Positions 21,284-32,618 are shown, counted from the stretch's first letter. The stretch: 64,000 bases of DNA from an uncultured Gemmatimonadales bacterium (GCA_963850905.1 CAWKMU010000003.1:544001-608000); one strand, 5' to 3'. Numbers and translations: made by a program. Notes: generated from the letters alone by a model not told the origin.

Positions 21284-21471
21284 AGGGCGGGTCAGGGGTC
21301 AGGGACCAGGGAACAAGACGAAAGGCAGGTCATCGTGCACTGTGACCTGCGTTGGACCGGTAGGGGCGACGCATTGCGTCGCCCGTGTGCCCGGCCCGAA
21401 CGCCGACAATCACTGGACCAACGCCGCCCTGACCGCCGCGCTGTGTTCCCTGACCCCTAGACCCCGCCGTT
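21284..21471 (+). repeat. Composite REP element between sufB and sufC (GGGGTCA-type arms, accessory hairpin, REP at 21360-21384)
   Basis: gggtcaggggtcagggaccagggaac..cgaaaggcaggtca..tgacctgc..ggaccgGTAGGGGCGACGCATTGCGTCGCCC..gttccctgacccctagaccccgccgtt. Confidence 0.9.
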
Positions 21472-21502
21472 CGGGCAAGACCAAATCTCAACCACGACCA
21501 CC

Positions 21503-22264
21503 TTGTTGCTCTCAATCAACGACCTTCACGCCGGCATCGGCGACAACGAGATCCTCCGTGGCATCTCCCTCACCGTCAACGACGGCGAAATCCACGCCAT
21601 CATGGGACCCAACGGTTCCGGCAAGAGCACGCTGGCCCAGGTGCTGGCAGGTCATCCGGGTTACGAAGTCACCGCTGGTTCGGCCACGTACGACGGCGAA
21701 GATCTGCTCGCGATGGCCCCGGAGGAGCGCGCCCAGAAAGGGCTCTTCCTCGCGTTCCAGTATCCGGTCGAGATCCCGGGCGTCACCAACGCGTACTTCC
21801 TGCGCGCCGCCTACAACGAGCTGCGCAAGGCGAGGGGCCTCGACGAGGTGGACCCGCTCGATTTTCTCGCGATCGTCGAGGACCGCCTCAAGCTCGTCGA
21901 CATGGATCCCGCAATGCTCAATCGGTCCGTCAATGCCGGGTTCTCCGGCGGCGAGAAGAAGCGGAACGAGATCCTGCAGATGGCCGTGCTCGCACCCCGC
22001 CTCGCGATTCTGGACGAGACGGATTCCGGCCTCGACATCGACGCGCTTCGCGTCGTCGCCGACGGCGTCAACTCTCTGCGGCGCCCCGACAACGCGACCA
22101 TCGTCGTCACGCACTACCAGCGCCTGCTGAACTACATCGTGCCCGACTACGTCCACGTCCTCGCGGGCGGCCGCATCGTCCGGTCCGGCGGCAAGGAGCT
22201 CGCCGTCGAGCTCGAGGCGCGCGGCTACGACTGGCTGACCGAGCCCGCGACGGCGGGGGCGTAG
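21503..22264 (+). CDS. sufC: Fe-S assembly ATPase SufC
   Basis: MGPNGSGKSTL, FLAFQYPVEIPGV, GFSGGEKKRNEILQM, LDETDSGLDID. Confidence 0.97.
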   Translation: MLLSINDLHAGIGDNEILRGISLTVNDGEIHAIMGPNGSGKSTLAQVLAGHPGYEVTAGSATYDGEDLLAMAPEERAQKGLFLAFQYPVEIPGVTNAYFLRAAYNELRKARGLDEVDPLDFLAIVEDRLKLVDMDPAMLNRSVNAGFSGGEKKRNEILQMAVLAPRLAILDETDSGLDIDALRVVADGVNSLRRPDNATIVVTHYQRLLNYIVPDYVHVLAGGRIVRSGGKELAVELEARGYDWLTEPATAGA

Positions 22265-22266
22265 AC

Positions 22267-23612
22267 GTGGCGATCCAGTCGTACGTCGACGATTTCGCCA
22301 GCCTCGTCGCGCGACGACGTAGACGGGCAGCCCGCGTGGCTGCTCGCCATCCGACGCGCCGCATTCGAGCGTTTCCGCGCGCTCGGCTTCCCGACGCGGC
22401 GCGACGAGGACTGGCACTTCACGAGCGTGGCCCCGATCGCCGAAGCCGATTTCACCCCGCTGCGAGGCGATCCCGATCGGTCGGCCGACGCTCGACGTCC
22501 AGTGGTCGGACCTCGAAGCGTTTGTGTTCGGTCAGCTGGAGTGGCCCCGCCTCGTGTTCGTGAACGGCGAGTTCGCGCCGACGCTCTCGTCGACCACGAG
22601 CCTCCCGTCGCACGTGCGCGTCTCCGCGCCTCGCGGACGTGTTGGCATCGGACGCGTCGGCGTGCACACCCATCTCGACGCTCGATCGGCGAGTTCGGCG
22701 GCAACGCCTTCGCCGCCCTCAACACGGCGCTGTTCACCGACGGCGTGTTCGTGCACGTCCCCGCCTGTGTGTCGCTGCCCGATCCGCTGCACGTCCTCTA
22801 CGTGTCGACGCCCGAGGCGGCGAACGGCGTCTCATATCCGCGGACGCTGGTCTCGCTCGATCGCGAACGCCCATGCCTCGGTGGTCGAGAGCTATGTCGC
22901 GCTCGGCGACGCTACATATTTCACCAACGCGGTCACGGAGCTGCGCCTGGCCGAGGGCGCACAGCTCGCGCACGTGCGCATCCAGCAGGAAAGCACGCGA
23001 GCCTTCCACGTCGGACTGGCGCAGGCCCACCAGGCCCGCGACAGCCGCTTCGCATCGTTCTCGTTTGCGACGGGCGCGGCGCTGTCTCGCGCGAACATCT
23101 ATACCTCGCTCGCGGGCCCGGGCGCGGAGGTCACGCTCGACGGCTTGTACCTCGTCGACGGCACGCAGCACGTCGATCACCAGACACGGATCGAGCACGC
23201 GGCACCGAACTGCGCGAGCCACGAGGTCTACAAGGGCATCCTCGACGGCGCCGCGCACGGCGTGTTCAACGGCAAGGTGTACGTGCATCCCGAGGCACAG
23301 AAGACCGACGGCAAGCAGACCAATAACAATCTGCTCTTGTCAGCCGACGCGCAGGTCGACACGAAGCCCCAGCTCGAGATCTTCGCCGACGACGTGAAAT
23401 GCACCCACGGTGCCACCGTCGGTCGCCTCGATGACGTGGCGTTGTTCTATCTCGAGAGCCGGGGACTGCCAGCGGAGCTGGCCCGTACACTGCTGACGTA
23501 CGCGTTCGCCGCTGATGTGCTGCAGCGGATTGCCGATGCCAACATCCGTGAAGCCCTCCAGGACGCGGTGCGCGTCCGGTTCGTCGACGCGCCGGCGACT
23601 GTCGCGACCTAG
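22267..23612 (+). CDS. sufD: Fe-S assembly protein SufD (several apparent frameshifts in 22310-22870)
   Basis: Pieces: GFPTRRDEDWHFT, RLVFVNGEF, FAALNTALFTDG, YKGILDG..GVFNG..AQKTDGKQTNNNLLLS..KPQLEIFADDVKCTHGATVG. Confidence 0.9.
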
Positions 23613-23623
23613 GCCGCGGCGAC

Positions 23624-24106
23624 GTGAGCGACCTGCGGGAGCTCTATCAGAGCGTCATCCTCGACCACAACCGGAAGCCGAGAAACTACGGACCGCTGGC
23701 CGAACCAGCCGTGCACGCCGAGGGCCACAACCCGCTGTGCGGCGATGATGTGACGGTGTGGGTCAAGACCGAAGGCGAGCGCGTCACCGACATCGGGTTC
23801 ATCGGAGAAGGCTGCGCGATCTCGCGCGCGTCGGCCTCGATCATGACGACGGTGGTCAAGGGCCAGACGCAGCACGACGCGGTCGCGCTCATGGATCAGT
23901 TCCAAGCCGTGCTGACCGGCGCGTCGGCCCCAGCTCCGGACGTGGCGACGCCTGCGGCGCTGCGTCCACTTGCCCCGCTGTTCGGTGTCTCGCGCTTCCC
24001 GCAGCGGGTCAAGTGTGCAACGCTCGCCTGGCACGCGTTCCGGACGGCGCTCCACCAGGCGATCGTCCAGACTGGACGCGGGGCGGCGTCCACCGGCGAG
24101 CCATGA
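23624..24106 (+). CDS. sufU: SufU/NifU-type Fe-S scaffold / sulfur-transfer protein
   Basis: LYQSVILDH..P.N, HNPLCGD, GCAISRAS, RVKCATLAW. Confidence 0.93.
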   Translation: MSDLRELYQSVILDHNRKPRNYGPLAEPAVHAEGHNPLCGDDVTVWVKTEGERVTDIGFIGEGCAISRASASIMTTVVKGQTQHDAVALMDQFQAVLTGASAPAPDVATPAALRPLAPLFGVSRFPQRVKCATLAWHAFRTALHQAIVQTGRGAASTGEP

Positions 24107-24462
24107 GATCCGAGTCGCATCCCGCGCCCACCAACGGGACCTTTCACCCGGTCGCGCGCGCGGCTGACATTCGACCAGGGGCTCTGCTGAGTGTGCGGAT
24201 ACCCACCGGCGATCAGGTCGTGCTGATGAATGTCGACGGCGAATTCTGTGCGCTGCAGGACTGCTGCTCGCACGAGGCCTACGAGTTGTCCGCGGGCGAG
24301 CTGTTACCGGACGGCACGATCGAGTGCGTGTGGCACGGCGCACGTTTCGACTGCCGCACGGGCGCGGCTCGCCACGCGCCGGCCATCGACGACGTCCCGG
24401 TGTACGCCGTCCGCGTCGAGGACGGCGTGGTCCTGGTCGGGCCTCGAGTGGCACCACGATGA
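24103..24462 (+). CDS. Rieske-type [2Fe-2S] ferredoxin
   Basis: CSH..L..G..IECVWHGARFD.RTG; ATGA overlaps on both sides. Confidence 0.9.
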   Translation: MRSESHPAPTNGTFHPVARAADIRPGALLSVRIPTGDQVVLMNVDGEFCALQDCCSHEAYELSAGELLPDGTIECVWHGARFDCRTGAARHAPAIDDVPVYAVRVEDGVVLVGPRVAPR

Positions 24463-25707
24463 CCCGTCGCGCCGACTTTCCCCTGCTCCACCGCCGCCCG
24501 GAGCTGCACTATCTGGATTCCGCGGCGACCGCGCAGAAGCCGGCGGTCGTCCTCGACGCCGAGCGCGAGTTTTACGAATCGGACTATGCCAATCCCCATC
24601 GCGGCGCCTACGATCTCTCCAATCGCGCGACGGAGCGCTACCACGCGGCGCGGCACGTCGTCGCTCGATTCTTCGGCGTCCAGGACGAGGACCGGCTCAT
24701 CTTCACCCGCGGCACTACCGAGTCGATCAATCTCGTCGCCGCAGCATGGGGTCGCTCACACGTCGGACCCGGCGACGAGATCGTCGTCACGCGGCTCGAG
24801 CACCACGCCAATTTCGTCCCATGGCAACAGGTGGCGCTGGAGCGCGGCGCGCGCTTCCGCATCGCGGAGCTGACGCCCGACGGCCACGTCGATCTCGACC
24901 ACCTGCGCTCGATCCTCTCCCCACGTACGCGCGTCGTCGCCATCGCCCACGTCTCGAACGCACTCGGCACGATCTCGCCGATTGCCGAGATTGTCCGCCT
25001 CGCCCACTCTGTCGGAGCGGTGGTGATGGTCGATGGCGCACAGAGCGCACCGCATCTCGCAGTCGACGTCGACGCACTCGGTGCGGACTTTTTCGCCTTC
25101 AGCGGCCACAAGATGGGGTCGCCGACGGGCATTGGCGGGTTGATCGCGCGCCGCGAGCTCCTGGAGCAGATGCCACCGTACCAAACTGGCGGCGATATGA
25201 TCGAGTTCGTCGGCGACGAGCGCACGACGTGGAACACGCTCCCGCGCAAGTTCGAAGCGGGCACGCCCAACGTCGGTGCGGCGGTCGGCCTCGCCGCCGC
25301 AGTCTCGTATCTCAATGACATCGGCATGGACGCCGTCCGCCAGCATGAGCAGGCGCTCACCGCCGCCACGATGGCGCAGCTCGGCTCCGTTCCTGGCGTC
25401 CGTCTCTACGGCCCGCCGGCGGGCGAGCGGAGCGGCGTCGTGAGCTTCACCGTGGAGGGCATCCATCGCACACGATATCGCGACCGTGTTGGACGGTGAG
25501 CATGTCTGCGTTCGGGCAGGGCACCACTGCGCGCAGCCGCTGATGCGCCGGTTCGGGATACCGGCGACGGTCCGGGCGTCGTTCTTCCTGTACAACGACG
25601 CGAGCGACGTCGACGCGCTCGTGGCGGCGGTGGGCCGAGCACAAGCGCTCTTCACCCCCGACCTGTCGAGCGTTCCGCATGCCTCCGTCGCGGCCGAGCA
25701 AACCTGA
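24459..25707 (+). CDS. sufS: Cysteine desulfurase SufS (frameshift near 25467)
   Basis: [52 protein letters not shown] in the shifted frame. Confidence 0.93.
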
Positions 25708-26197
25708 CGACGCCGGCCCCGCCGCGCCGGCTGCATCGCGCCCGGCGGTCGAGGCGCTGTATCAAGACCGCATCCTCGCGCACTTCCGACACCCCCATGG
25801 GAAGGGGGTGCTCGACCACCCCGATGCCGAGGCATCCGTTCACAACCCGCTCTGCGGCGAGTCGGTCACGGTGTCGGTCTCGGTGGAGCAGTCGGCGACC
25901 GGCCCCCGCGTGCGCGAGGCGCGCTTTCAGAGCGACGGATGCTCGATCGCCCAGGCGTCCGCGTCGATGATGACGGACCTGGTACGTGGCGCGACGCTGT
26001 CAGAGATCGAAGCGCTCGCCGCGCGGATGCGCGCGCTCGTCAATGGTGACGCCGCGAGCGCCGACGACGCCGCACTCGGCCCTGCCGCCGCGTTCAGCGT
26101 GATTCGTCGCGTCCCCGCACGCGCTGCCTGCGCGCTCCTGGCCTGGCGGGCGCTGGCACAGGCGCTGAAAAGCGAGACGCTGGACGCTAGCGTCTAG
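25679..26197 (+). CDS. Second SufU-like protein
   Basis: [39 protein letters not shown]. Confidence 0.85.
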   Translation: MPPSRPSKPDDAGPAAPAASRPAVEALYQDRILAHFRHPHGKGVLDHPDAEASVHNPLCGESVTVSVSVEQSATGPRVREARFQSDGCSIAQASASMMTDLVRGATLSEIEALAARMRALVNGDAASADDAALGPAAAFSVIRRVPARAACALLAWRALAQALKSETLDASV

Positions 26198-26255
26198 CGT
26201 CTACCTTTCTTCGCCCTCCGTCGTCCTTCAAGGAGACCGCAGCAACGGGGGCACG

Positions 26256-26417
26256 ATGGAAAAATTGTTCATTGGGGCTGGAGCCACGATCGGCAGCTAC
26301 GCCGGCTGGTACCTCGGCCACCCGTTTGGCTTCATGACCGCGTTCATGCTGAGCATGGTCGGCACTGGCGTCGGGATGTATTTCGGTAAGCGCGCGGCGC
26401 AGGAGTACCTGCCCTAA
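26256..26417 (+). CDS. Small (53 aa) Gly-rich two-helix membrane protein
   Basis: MEKLFIGAGATIGSYAGWYLGHPFGFMTAFMLSMVGTGVGMYFGKRAAQEYLP*; genome-typical codons; below the ORF-track cutoff. Confidence 0.75.
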   Translation: MEKLFIGAGATIGSYAGWYLGHPFGFMTAFMLSMVGTGVGMYFGKRAAQEYLP

Positions 26418-26479
26418 GGCGAGGTGCAACGCGCTTCACGCAACCGCAGGCGGCGTGCTCCGGACTCTCACCGCCCATC

Positions 26480-26642
26480 CGACATGTAGGGGCGGCCTTC
26501 AGGCCGCCCACCGTCGGACACGACGTCGCGCGGTCGTCGCTGCCACCCCTGCCCACAAGGTTTGTTTTCCAACGTCCAGCGTCTAGCCTCTAGCGCATAG
26601 CGTCTAGCGTCTAGCCTCCAGCGCCCAGCGTCCAGCGTCTAG
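26480..26642 (+). repeat. GTAG REP (26486-26509) followed by ten degenerate CGTCTAG heptamers (26573-26642)
   Basis: cgtccag cgtctag cctctag cgcatag cgtctag cgtctag cctccag cgcccag cgtccag cgtctag. Confidence 0.88.
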
Positions 26643-27718
26643 CATATATGCACCGCCGTCGCCTTGAACGACGCATAGACCTCCTCGCCGACGACCAGCC
26701 CAAGCTCGCGAACGGATCGGGTCGTGAGCGCCGCAACCAGCGGCACGCCCCCAAAGGCGACGGTCACACGCGTGAGCGCGCCCAGCTTCGACATGTCGAC
26801 CACACGCCCGCGGAAGCAGTTGCGCGCAGACGTGCCACTGGGCTCGCGTGACAGCACGACGTCTTCGGCGCGCAAGACCGCGCAGCCGGGACCGGGCCGC
26901 GCGTCCCCCACGGCGGCCAGCGTGAGCGCTGACTCCGACACGCGAAACTCGAGCGAGTAATACCCGGACGGCGGCGACTCCGCCTCGGCAGCGTCCTCGT
27001 GCCCCGAGTCTGCCCGCACGACCGTCCCGGCGAAGACGTTCTCGGCGCCGAGAAATTCTGCGATGTAAGGGGACGCCGGCTTGCGAAAAACGTCCTCGGG
27101 TGGTCCCGCCTGCAGTACGCGCCCCGCATCGAGCAACACCGCAACGTCGCCCAGCATGCCGGCCTCGGCGAAGTCGTGCGTCACCTGCAGCACCGTCATG
27201 CCGTGCTCCCGCGCCACCGCTCGCACCTCCCGGCGGGCGTCTGAGCGCCTGCGGGGATCGAGCGCGGTGAACGGCTCGTCGAGGAGCAGCACCCGTGGCA
27301 GACCTGCCAATGCACGGGCAAGCGCCACGAGCTGCCGTTCGCCGCCACTCAGCGAGCTGATCTCCCGCGCCCACAGGTCCTCGATCCCGAATCGCGTCGC
27401 CAGGCCGCGCGCTTCAGAAGGCGTGGCTGCCCCATATCCCACGTTCTGTCCAACCGTGAGGTGCGGGAAGAGGTAGCCTTGCTGGTAGACGAGGCCAATT
27501 TCTCGAGCTTCCGGCGGGAGGCGGGTGACATCCCGCCCGTCGAGCCGGATCACGCCCCCGGTCGCCGGTACGATCCCACCGATCGTCTCCAGCAGCGTCG
27601 TCTTTCCAGAGCCGGCCGGACCGATGACGATCCCGTACGCGGCGGCAGGCACGCTGAAGGTGATCTCTCGCAACGCAAACGAGCCGACGCGAGAGGACAG
27701 TGCCTGGATGTCGATCAT
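26639..27718 (-). CDS. Molybdate/tungstate-type ABC transporter ATP-binding protein with TOBE domains (WtpC/ModC-like)
   Basis: GPAGSGKTT, LSGGERQ, LLLDEP, C-terminal TSARNCFRG..LGL..G..VYASFKATAV. Confidence 0.85.
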   Translation of the reverse strand: MIDIQALSSRVGSFALREITFSVPAAAYGIVIGPAGSGKTTLLETIGGIVPATGGVIRLDGRDVTRLPPEAREIGLVYQQGYLFPHLTVGQNVGYGAATPSEARGLATRFGIEDLWAREISSLSGGERQLVALARALAGLPRVLLLDEPFTALDPRRRSDARREVRAVAREHGMTVLQVTHDFAEAGMLGDVAVLLDAGRVLQAGPPEDVFRKPASPYIAEFLGAENVFAGTVVRADSGHEDAAEAESPPSGYYSLEFRVSESALTLAAVGDARPGPGCAVLRAEDVVLSREPSGTSARNCFRGRVVDMSKLGALTRVTVAFGGVPLVAALTTRSVRELGLVVGEEVYASFKATAVHIC

Positions 27719-27783
27719 CGGACTAGGGCTCGGTCGCTGGGGCGACGCAGGCGTCGACCGGCGGCATCATGCGCCGGTCAATC

Positions 27784-28590
27784 TCAAATCGGGCCAACGC
27801 CCCGCTCGTAGCGAAGCGCACGGAGTATCGTCAATGGCACCAGCGCCAGCAGGATCAGCACGGCCGCGACCGGCAGTGCCTCCGGCAAACCGTAGCTCGT
27901 GAAGCGATCGTAGCTCAGCACGCTCGCGACTTTGGGATTGTAAGTCAGGATCACGATCGCGCCAAACTCGCTGATCGCGCGCGCCCACATCACGACTGCG
28001 GCCGCGACGAGCCCACGCTTTGCGAGCGGGAGTGTCACGCGACGAAACACACGCCAGGCGGGATCGCCAAGCGTGCGCGCCACGGCCTCATATCGGGGGT
28101 CGACTCGCGCAAACGTCTCACGAGCCGCACTCAGAAACAGTGGCGCGGAGACGAACAACATGGCGCAGACAATGCCGACCGCAGACCCCGTGATGCGAAA
28201 CCCGATCGCGAGGAGCGCGCGCCCCAACGGCGACTGGCGGCCGAGGGCGAGGAGGAGGGCAATCCCCGCGACGGGGTGCGGGATCATGAGCGGCAGATCC
28301 AGCACCGCCGCGAGCAGCGCACGACCCCGAAACGCGCGACGAGCGATGAAGTACGCAATCGGCGTCCCACCTACCGCCCCGAGCACGGTCGCGGTCGTCG
28401 CGGTGACGGCCGTGAGCACGAGAGCATTGCGCAATTCCACGTCGGACCCGAGCTCCGCGAGGCCGTGCGCGCCACCGGCCGCGACCAGGCCGAGCACCGG
28501 GACAGCGAGGAACAGCAGGAAGCACGAGGCCACCAGCGCGGCGAGCACGGTGGCGACCCGATACCGCAAGCCGTCATTCAGTGGTGGCAT
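27784..28590 (-). CDS. Molybdate/tungstate-type ABC permease (WtpB/ModB-like)
   Basis: DLPLMIPHPVAGIALL, AMLFVSAP, YEAVARTLG, WARAISEFGA. Confidence 0.85.
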   Translation of the reverse strand: MPPLNDGLRYRVATVLAALVASCFLLFLAVPVLGLVAAGGAHGLAELGSDVELRNALVLTAVTATTATVLGAVGGTPIAYFIARRAFRGRALLAAVLDLPLMIPHPVAGIALLLALGRQSPLGRALLAIGFRITGSAVGIVCAMLFVSAPLFLSAARETFARVDPRYEAVARTLGDPAWRVFRRVTLPLAKRGLVAAAVVMWARAISEFGAIVILTYNPKVASVLSYDRFTSYGLPEALPVAAVLILLALVPLTILRALRYERGVGPI

Positions 28591-28710
28591 GTCGCATATT
28601 ACCGTACGCCAGCAGTCTTGCGCGAGGTCGGGGCAACGCAGCACGTCGCCCTCCTGCACCGCCCGACGCCACTGCGCAGTGAGGAAGTCGTTGACCCGAG
28701 TAGGGAATTG

Positions 28711-29667
<957 letters not shown>

Positions 29668-29679
29668 GGGAGGGGCATC

Positions 29680-29790
29680 GGGTGACGGGTTACGGGTCAC
29701 GGGTGAGCAAACCGTGAAGCGGATTCTCACACGCACTGGCTGGCTCATACGGTTTGTGCCACCCGGAACCCGTCACCCGAAACCCGAAAC
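29680..29790. repeat. Inverted GGGTGAC-type heptamer arms without a REP core
   Basis: gggtgac gggttac gggtcac gggtgag ... gccaccc ggaaccc gtcaccc gaaaccc. Confidence 0.8.
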
Positions 29791-29811
29791 GCGATCGTGC
29801 GGACGCCACGG

Positions 29812-31095
29812 ATGAAGAAATTCTGGGCCATCGCCCGTCGCGAGTACATGGAGCGGATCCGGTCCCGCTGGTTCTTTTTCGCCACGATCGCCGGACCGCT
29901 GTTCTTCGGGTTGATCATCATCGTGCCGCTGGTACTCACCAATCAGGCGCATGCCTCGGTGGACATCTCGCACATTCTCGTGCTCGATGCGACGGGCACC
30001 GATCTCGGACACCGCGTGGCGAGCGTGCTCCGGCTCGGCCCCCAGGGCGACACGATGCGCGCGGTCGTCCGCCAGGTCGAGCCGCAGGATCTCGCCGCGG
30101 CGGAGGACTCCGCCACACGCGAGGTCATGCACCATGAGCGCATCGGATATCTCGTGCTCGACAGCGCGGCGCTGGCCGGCGGCGACGTGCACTACGCCGG
30201 ACGCAACGCGTCAGCCATCGGCGACATCGACTTCCTCACGCAGATCGTGCGCCGGGCGATTCTCGCGCAGCGGCTGGAGCGCGAAGGCCTGTCGCCCGCG
30301 CGCAGCCAACAGTTGACGGCTCTGCAGACGCGAGTGACCGCCGACCGGATCACCGACCGGGGACGTGGCGGCTCCGGGCTGCTGAGCGCAATCGTGGCGT
30401 ACACGCTCGGGTTCATGCTCTACACCATGATCGTGATCTATGGCAATGTCATTCTTCGGGGCGTGGTGGACGAGAAATCGACGCGCGTGGCCGAAGTAGT
30501 GGTCGCGAGTGCGCCCCCTGACACACTGCTCGCCGGCAAAGTCATTGGTGTCAGTGGAGTGGCACTCACGCAGGTCGCCGCGTGGGCGGTGCTGTCGACC
30601 GTGGTCTATCGCCTTCGCGACGTGGTGCTGGCGCGATTCGGCCTGGACTCGCCAGCGATTCCATTGCCTTCGATCGAGCTCGGCACGGGCATCGCCCTGG
30701 TGTTGCTCCTCGCGCTCGGCTTCCTCGCCTACGCCGCGCTCTTTGCCGCCATGGGGGCTATGGTGAGCAACCAGGATGACGCCCAGCAGGCAGCGCTGCC
30801 GGTGACGATGGTCGTGATCTGCGCCGTCGTGCTGATTCCGCCAGTCCTGGTTGAGCCCAACGGCGCGCTCGCACGATTCGCATCGTGGTTCCCCTTCAGT
30901 GCCCCCATCCTCATGCCGGTCCGCATGACCGTCGTCCAGGTCCCCTGGTACGAGATCGCCGGCACCCTCTGCGGCGTCGCCCTCGGCTGCGTCGCCGCCG
31001 TATGGGTCGCCGCCCGCATCTATCGCGTCGGCCTGCTCATGTACGGCAAGCGACCAAGCCTGCGCGAGCTGGCGCGCTGGGTGGCGAGAAGCTAG
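29812..31095 (+). CDS. ABC-2 type transporter permease (NatB-like)
   Basis: IARREY..R, VVDEKSTRVAEVV, GKVIG, PFSAPILMP.R, RIYRVGLLMYGKRP. Confidence 0.9.
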   Translation: MKKFWAIARREYMERIRSRWFFFATIAGPLFFGLIIIVPLVLTNQAHASVDISHILVLDATGTDLGHRVASVLRLGPQGDTMRAVVRQVEPQDLAAAEDSATREVMHHERIGYLVLDSAALAGGDVHYAGRNASAIGDIDFLTQIVRRAILAQRLEREGLSPARSQQLTALQTRVTADRITDRGRGGSGLLSAIVAYTLGFMLYTMIVIYGNVILRGVVDEKSTRVAEVVVASAPPDTLLAGKVIGVSGVALTQVAAWAVLSTVVYRLRDVVLARFGLDSPAIPLPSIELGTGIALVLLLALGFLAYAALFAAMGAMVSNQDDAQQAALPVTMVVICAVVLIPPVLVEPNGALARFASWFPFSAPILMPVRMTVVQVPWYEIAGTLCGVALGCVAAVWVAARIYRVGLLMYGKRPSLRELARWVARS

Positions 31096-31262
31096 GGGTC
31101 AGGGGCCAGGGAGTTAGCAAAGGAAGGCCGGCAGCCCTGCACCGCGACCGGCCTTGGACCGGTAGGGGCGACGCCTTGCGTCGCCCGCCGTTGCCGTCGT
31201 ATTTGGCGGTTGTCGTTCCCTGGCCCCTGACCCTTGACCCCTGACCCCTGATCCCGCCGTTT
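31094..31262 (+). repeat. Composite REP element (GGGGTCA-type arms; REP at 31162-31186)
   Basis: Core near-identical to 9538-9619; right arm tggcccc tgaccct tgacccc tgacccc tgatccc. Confidence 0.92.
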
Positions 31263-31268
31263 ACCGTC

Positions 31269-31676
31269 TCAGGTCTCCACCCGCGGCTTGCTGAGCGACG
31301 ACCTCAGATCTCCGATCACGCTGTCGATCTGCTGCTCGGCGACCTGCCGGAGGCCGCGCAGCAGATACACCATGATCCCGTCGATCACGCCGGCGACGCG
31401 GCTCGTCTGCTGCCGCAGCACCGGCCTGCTCCAATCCTCACTGAGCGTGCTCCGGTCCGCCCCCGGCGGCCGCATGGTCTCGACAGATCCCCGATAGCGG
31501 TTGCTGGCCACTCCGAGTGCAGCACCGGCGCCGACCGCGATCCCGAGCGCAGTCCACGGATGATCGCGAATCTGTTGCATCACGTTCACTTTCTGCTCGA
31601 GTTCAGCCAAGGTGGTCGACATTCGCTCTCGAGTTACTTCGATGTCGCGTCGGACTGCATCTGGCGTGTCAACCAT
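31269..31676 (-). CDS. DUF3618 domain-containing protein
   Basis: MVDTPDAVRRDIEVTRERMSTTLAELEQK..IRDHPW.ALG.A.GAG. Confidence 0.75.
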   Translation of the reverse strand: MVDTPDAVRRDIEVTRERMSTTLAELEQKVNVMQQIRDHPWTALGIAVGAGAALGVASNRYRGSVETMRPPGADRSTLSEDWSRPVLRQQTSRVAGVIDGIMVYLLRGLRQVAEQQIDSVIGDLRSSLSKPRVET

Positions 31677-32086
31677 TCCGCGTCCTCCTTGAGGGTCTCG
31701 AGCGTCTGCGCCGGCCGTAACCGCGCAACCGAGAATAGCCGCGCCCCCCGCGACGCTGCGATGGCGGCCACGATCCCGGAGAGCACGGACACGATCAGCG
31801 CCGCAAGCCAGTACCGGCCCACTATCCATGGTTCGCCAATCAGGAACACCAGTCCGACGAGTATGGCCAACCCGCCGAGCAGGAGCAGTACACTCCCGGC
31901 TGCCACGCGAAAGGTGCCGCCCGCCGCGAGACCGGCCAGGTTGCCGAGCTCGACTTGGATGAGGCGCGCCTCATGCCGCACGAGCTCGGCTGTACCCTCC
32001 GCCAGCTCCCGAAGGAGAACGCCTAGTCCACGACGCCCGCCGGTTGGGCTCGTTTGGCCGTTGGAGAGCTGTACTTCGCGGTCCAT
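31634..32086 (-). CDS. Phage-holin-family (Phage_holin_3_6 / YqjE-like) membrane protein
   Basis: LG.LLRELAE....LVRHE.RL...E, two TMs, P.QTLETLKED.EW. Confidence 0.75.
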   Translation of the reverse strand: MDREVQLSNGQTSPTGGRRGLGVLLRELAEGTAELVRHEARLIQVELGNLAGLAAGGTFRVAAGSVLLLLGGLAILVGLVFLIGEPWIVGRYWLAALIVSVLSGIVAAIAASRGARLFSVARLRPAQTLETLKEDAEWLTRQMQSDATSK

Positions 32087-32115
32087 TGGCTCCCCCTGTC
32101 ACCCGGGCCGAGTAG

Positions 32116-32586
32116 CTAGTCCGACAGCGACCGACCGAGGAGGTAGCCTATGCCAAGGGCGATGAGCAGGGTGCGAACGGGATGCCTCTGCACTTGCTGC
32201 ACGACGTTGTCGCCAAAGTCGCCGACGTCCCGGCGGCGCAGCCACCCGGCGGTCCGCTCCATTCGGGTCGCCACCGTGTCCGAGTAGTTCTGCAGGCGCT
32301 GCGTCGCAGCGGCTCCCAGGTCCGACGTGGCCGCGGCGACGCGCTCCGCGCCCTCGCGCGTACGCGAGCGGAGCGAGCCGGCGCCCGTTTCGAGCTTGTC
32401 GGCGATCGACGACTTCGTGTCGTTGATCTTGTCCTTGGCGTCGCGTAGAGGTTCAGCCCGCGCGCTCCGCGGGGCGCCCGCCGCGCTGCCGGCCTGGATT
32501 GCTTCAGCTCCACCTTGCGCCCCAGTCCTGCCGGCGTCCATCGCGCCGCGCTCGGACCTGCCGCCTTGCTGCTCGGTACGCTCCAC
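32116..32586 (-). CDS. DUF883/ElaB/YqjD-like tail-anchored protein
   Basis: Helical body; C-terminal VQRHPVRTLLIALGIGYLLGR. Confidence 0.7.
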   Translation of the reverse strand: MERTEQQGGRSERGAMDAGRTGAQGGAEAIQAGSAAGAPRSARAEPLRDAKDKINDTKSSIADKLETGAGSLRSRTREGAERVAAATSDLGAAATQRLQNYSDTVATRMERTAGWLRRRDVGDFGDNVVQQVQRHPVRTLLIALGIGYLLGRSLSD

Positions 32587-32618
32587 GTGTCACCCCCTTG
32601 TAAGTGACCGCATGACGC

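Noticed and set aside
20960..25480. Programmed frameshifting in sufB, sufD and sufS
   Set aside because: No slippery heptamers at the breaks, and similar indels occur in unrelated genes.
31634..32086. Holin as evidence of a prophage
   Set aside because: This family is common in chromosomal stress clusters; no phage genes are nearby.
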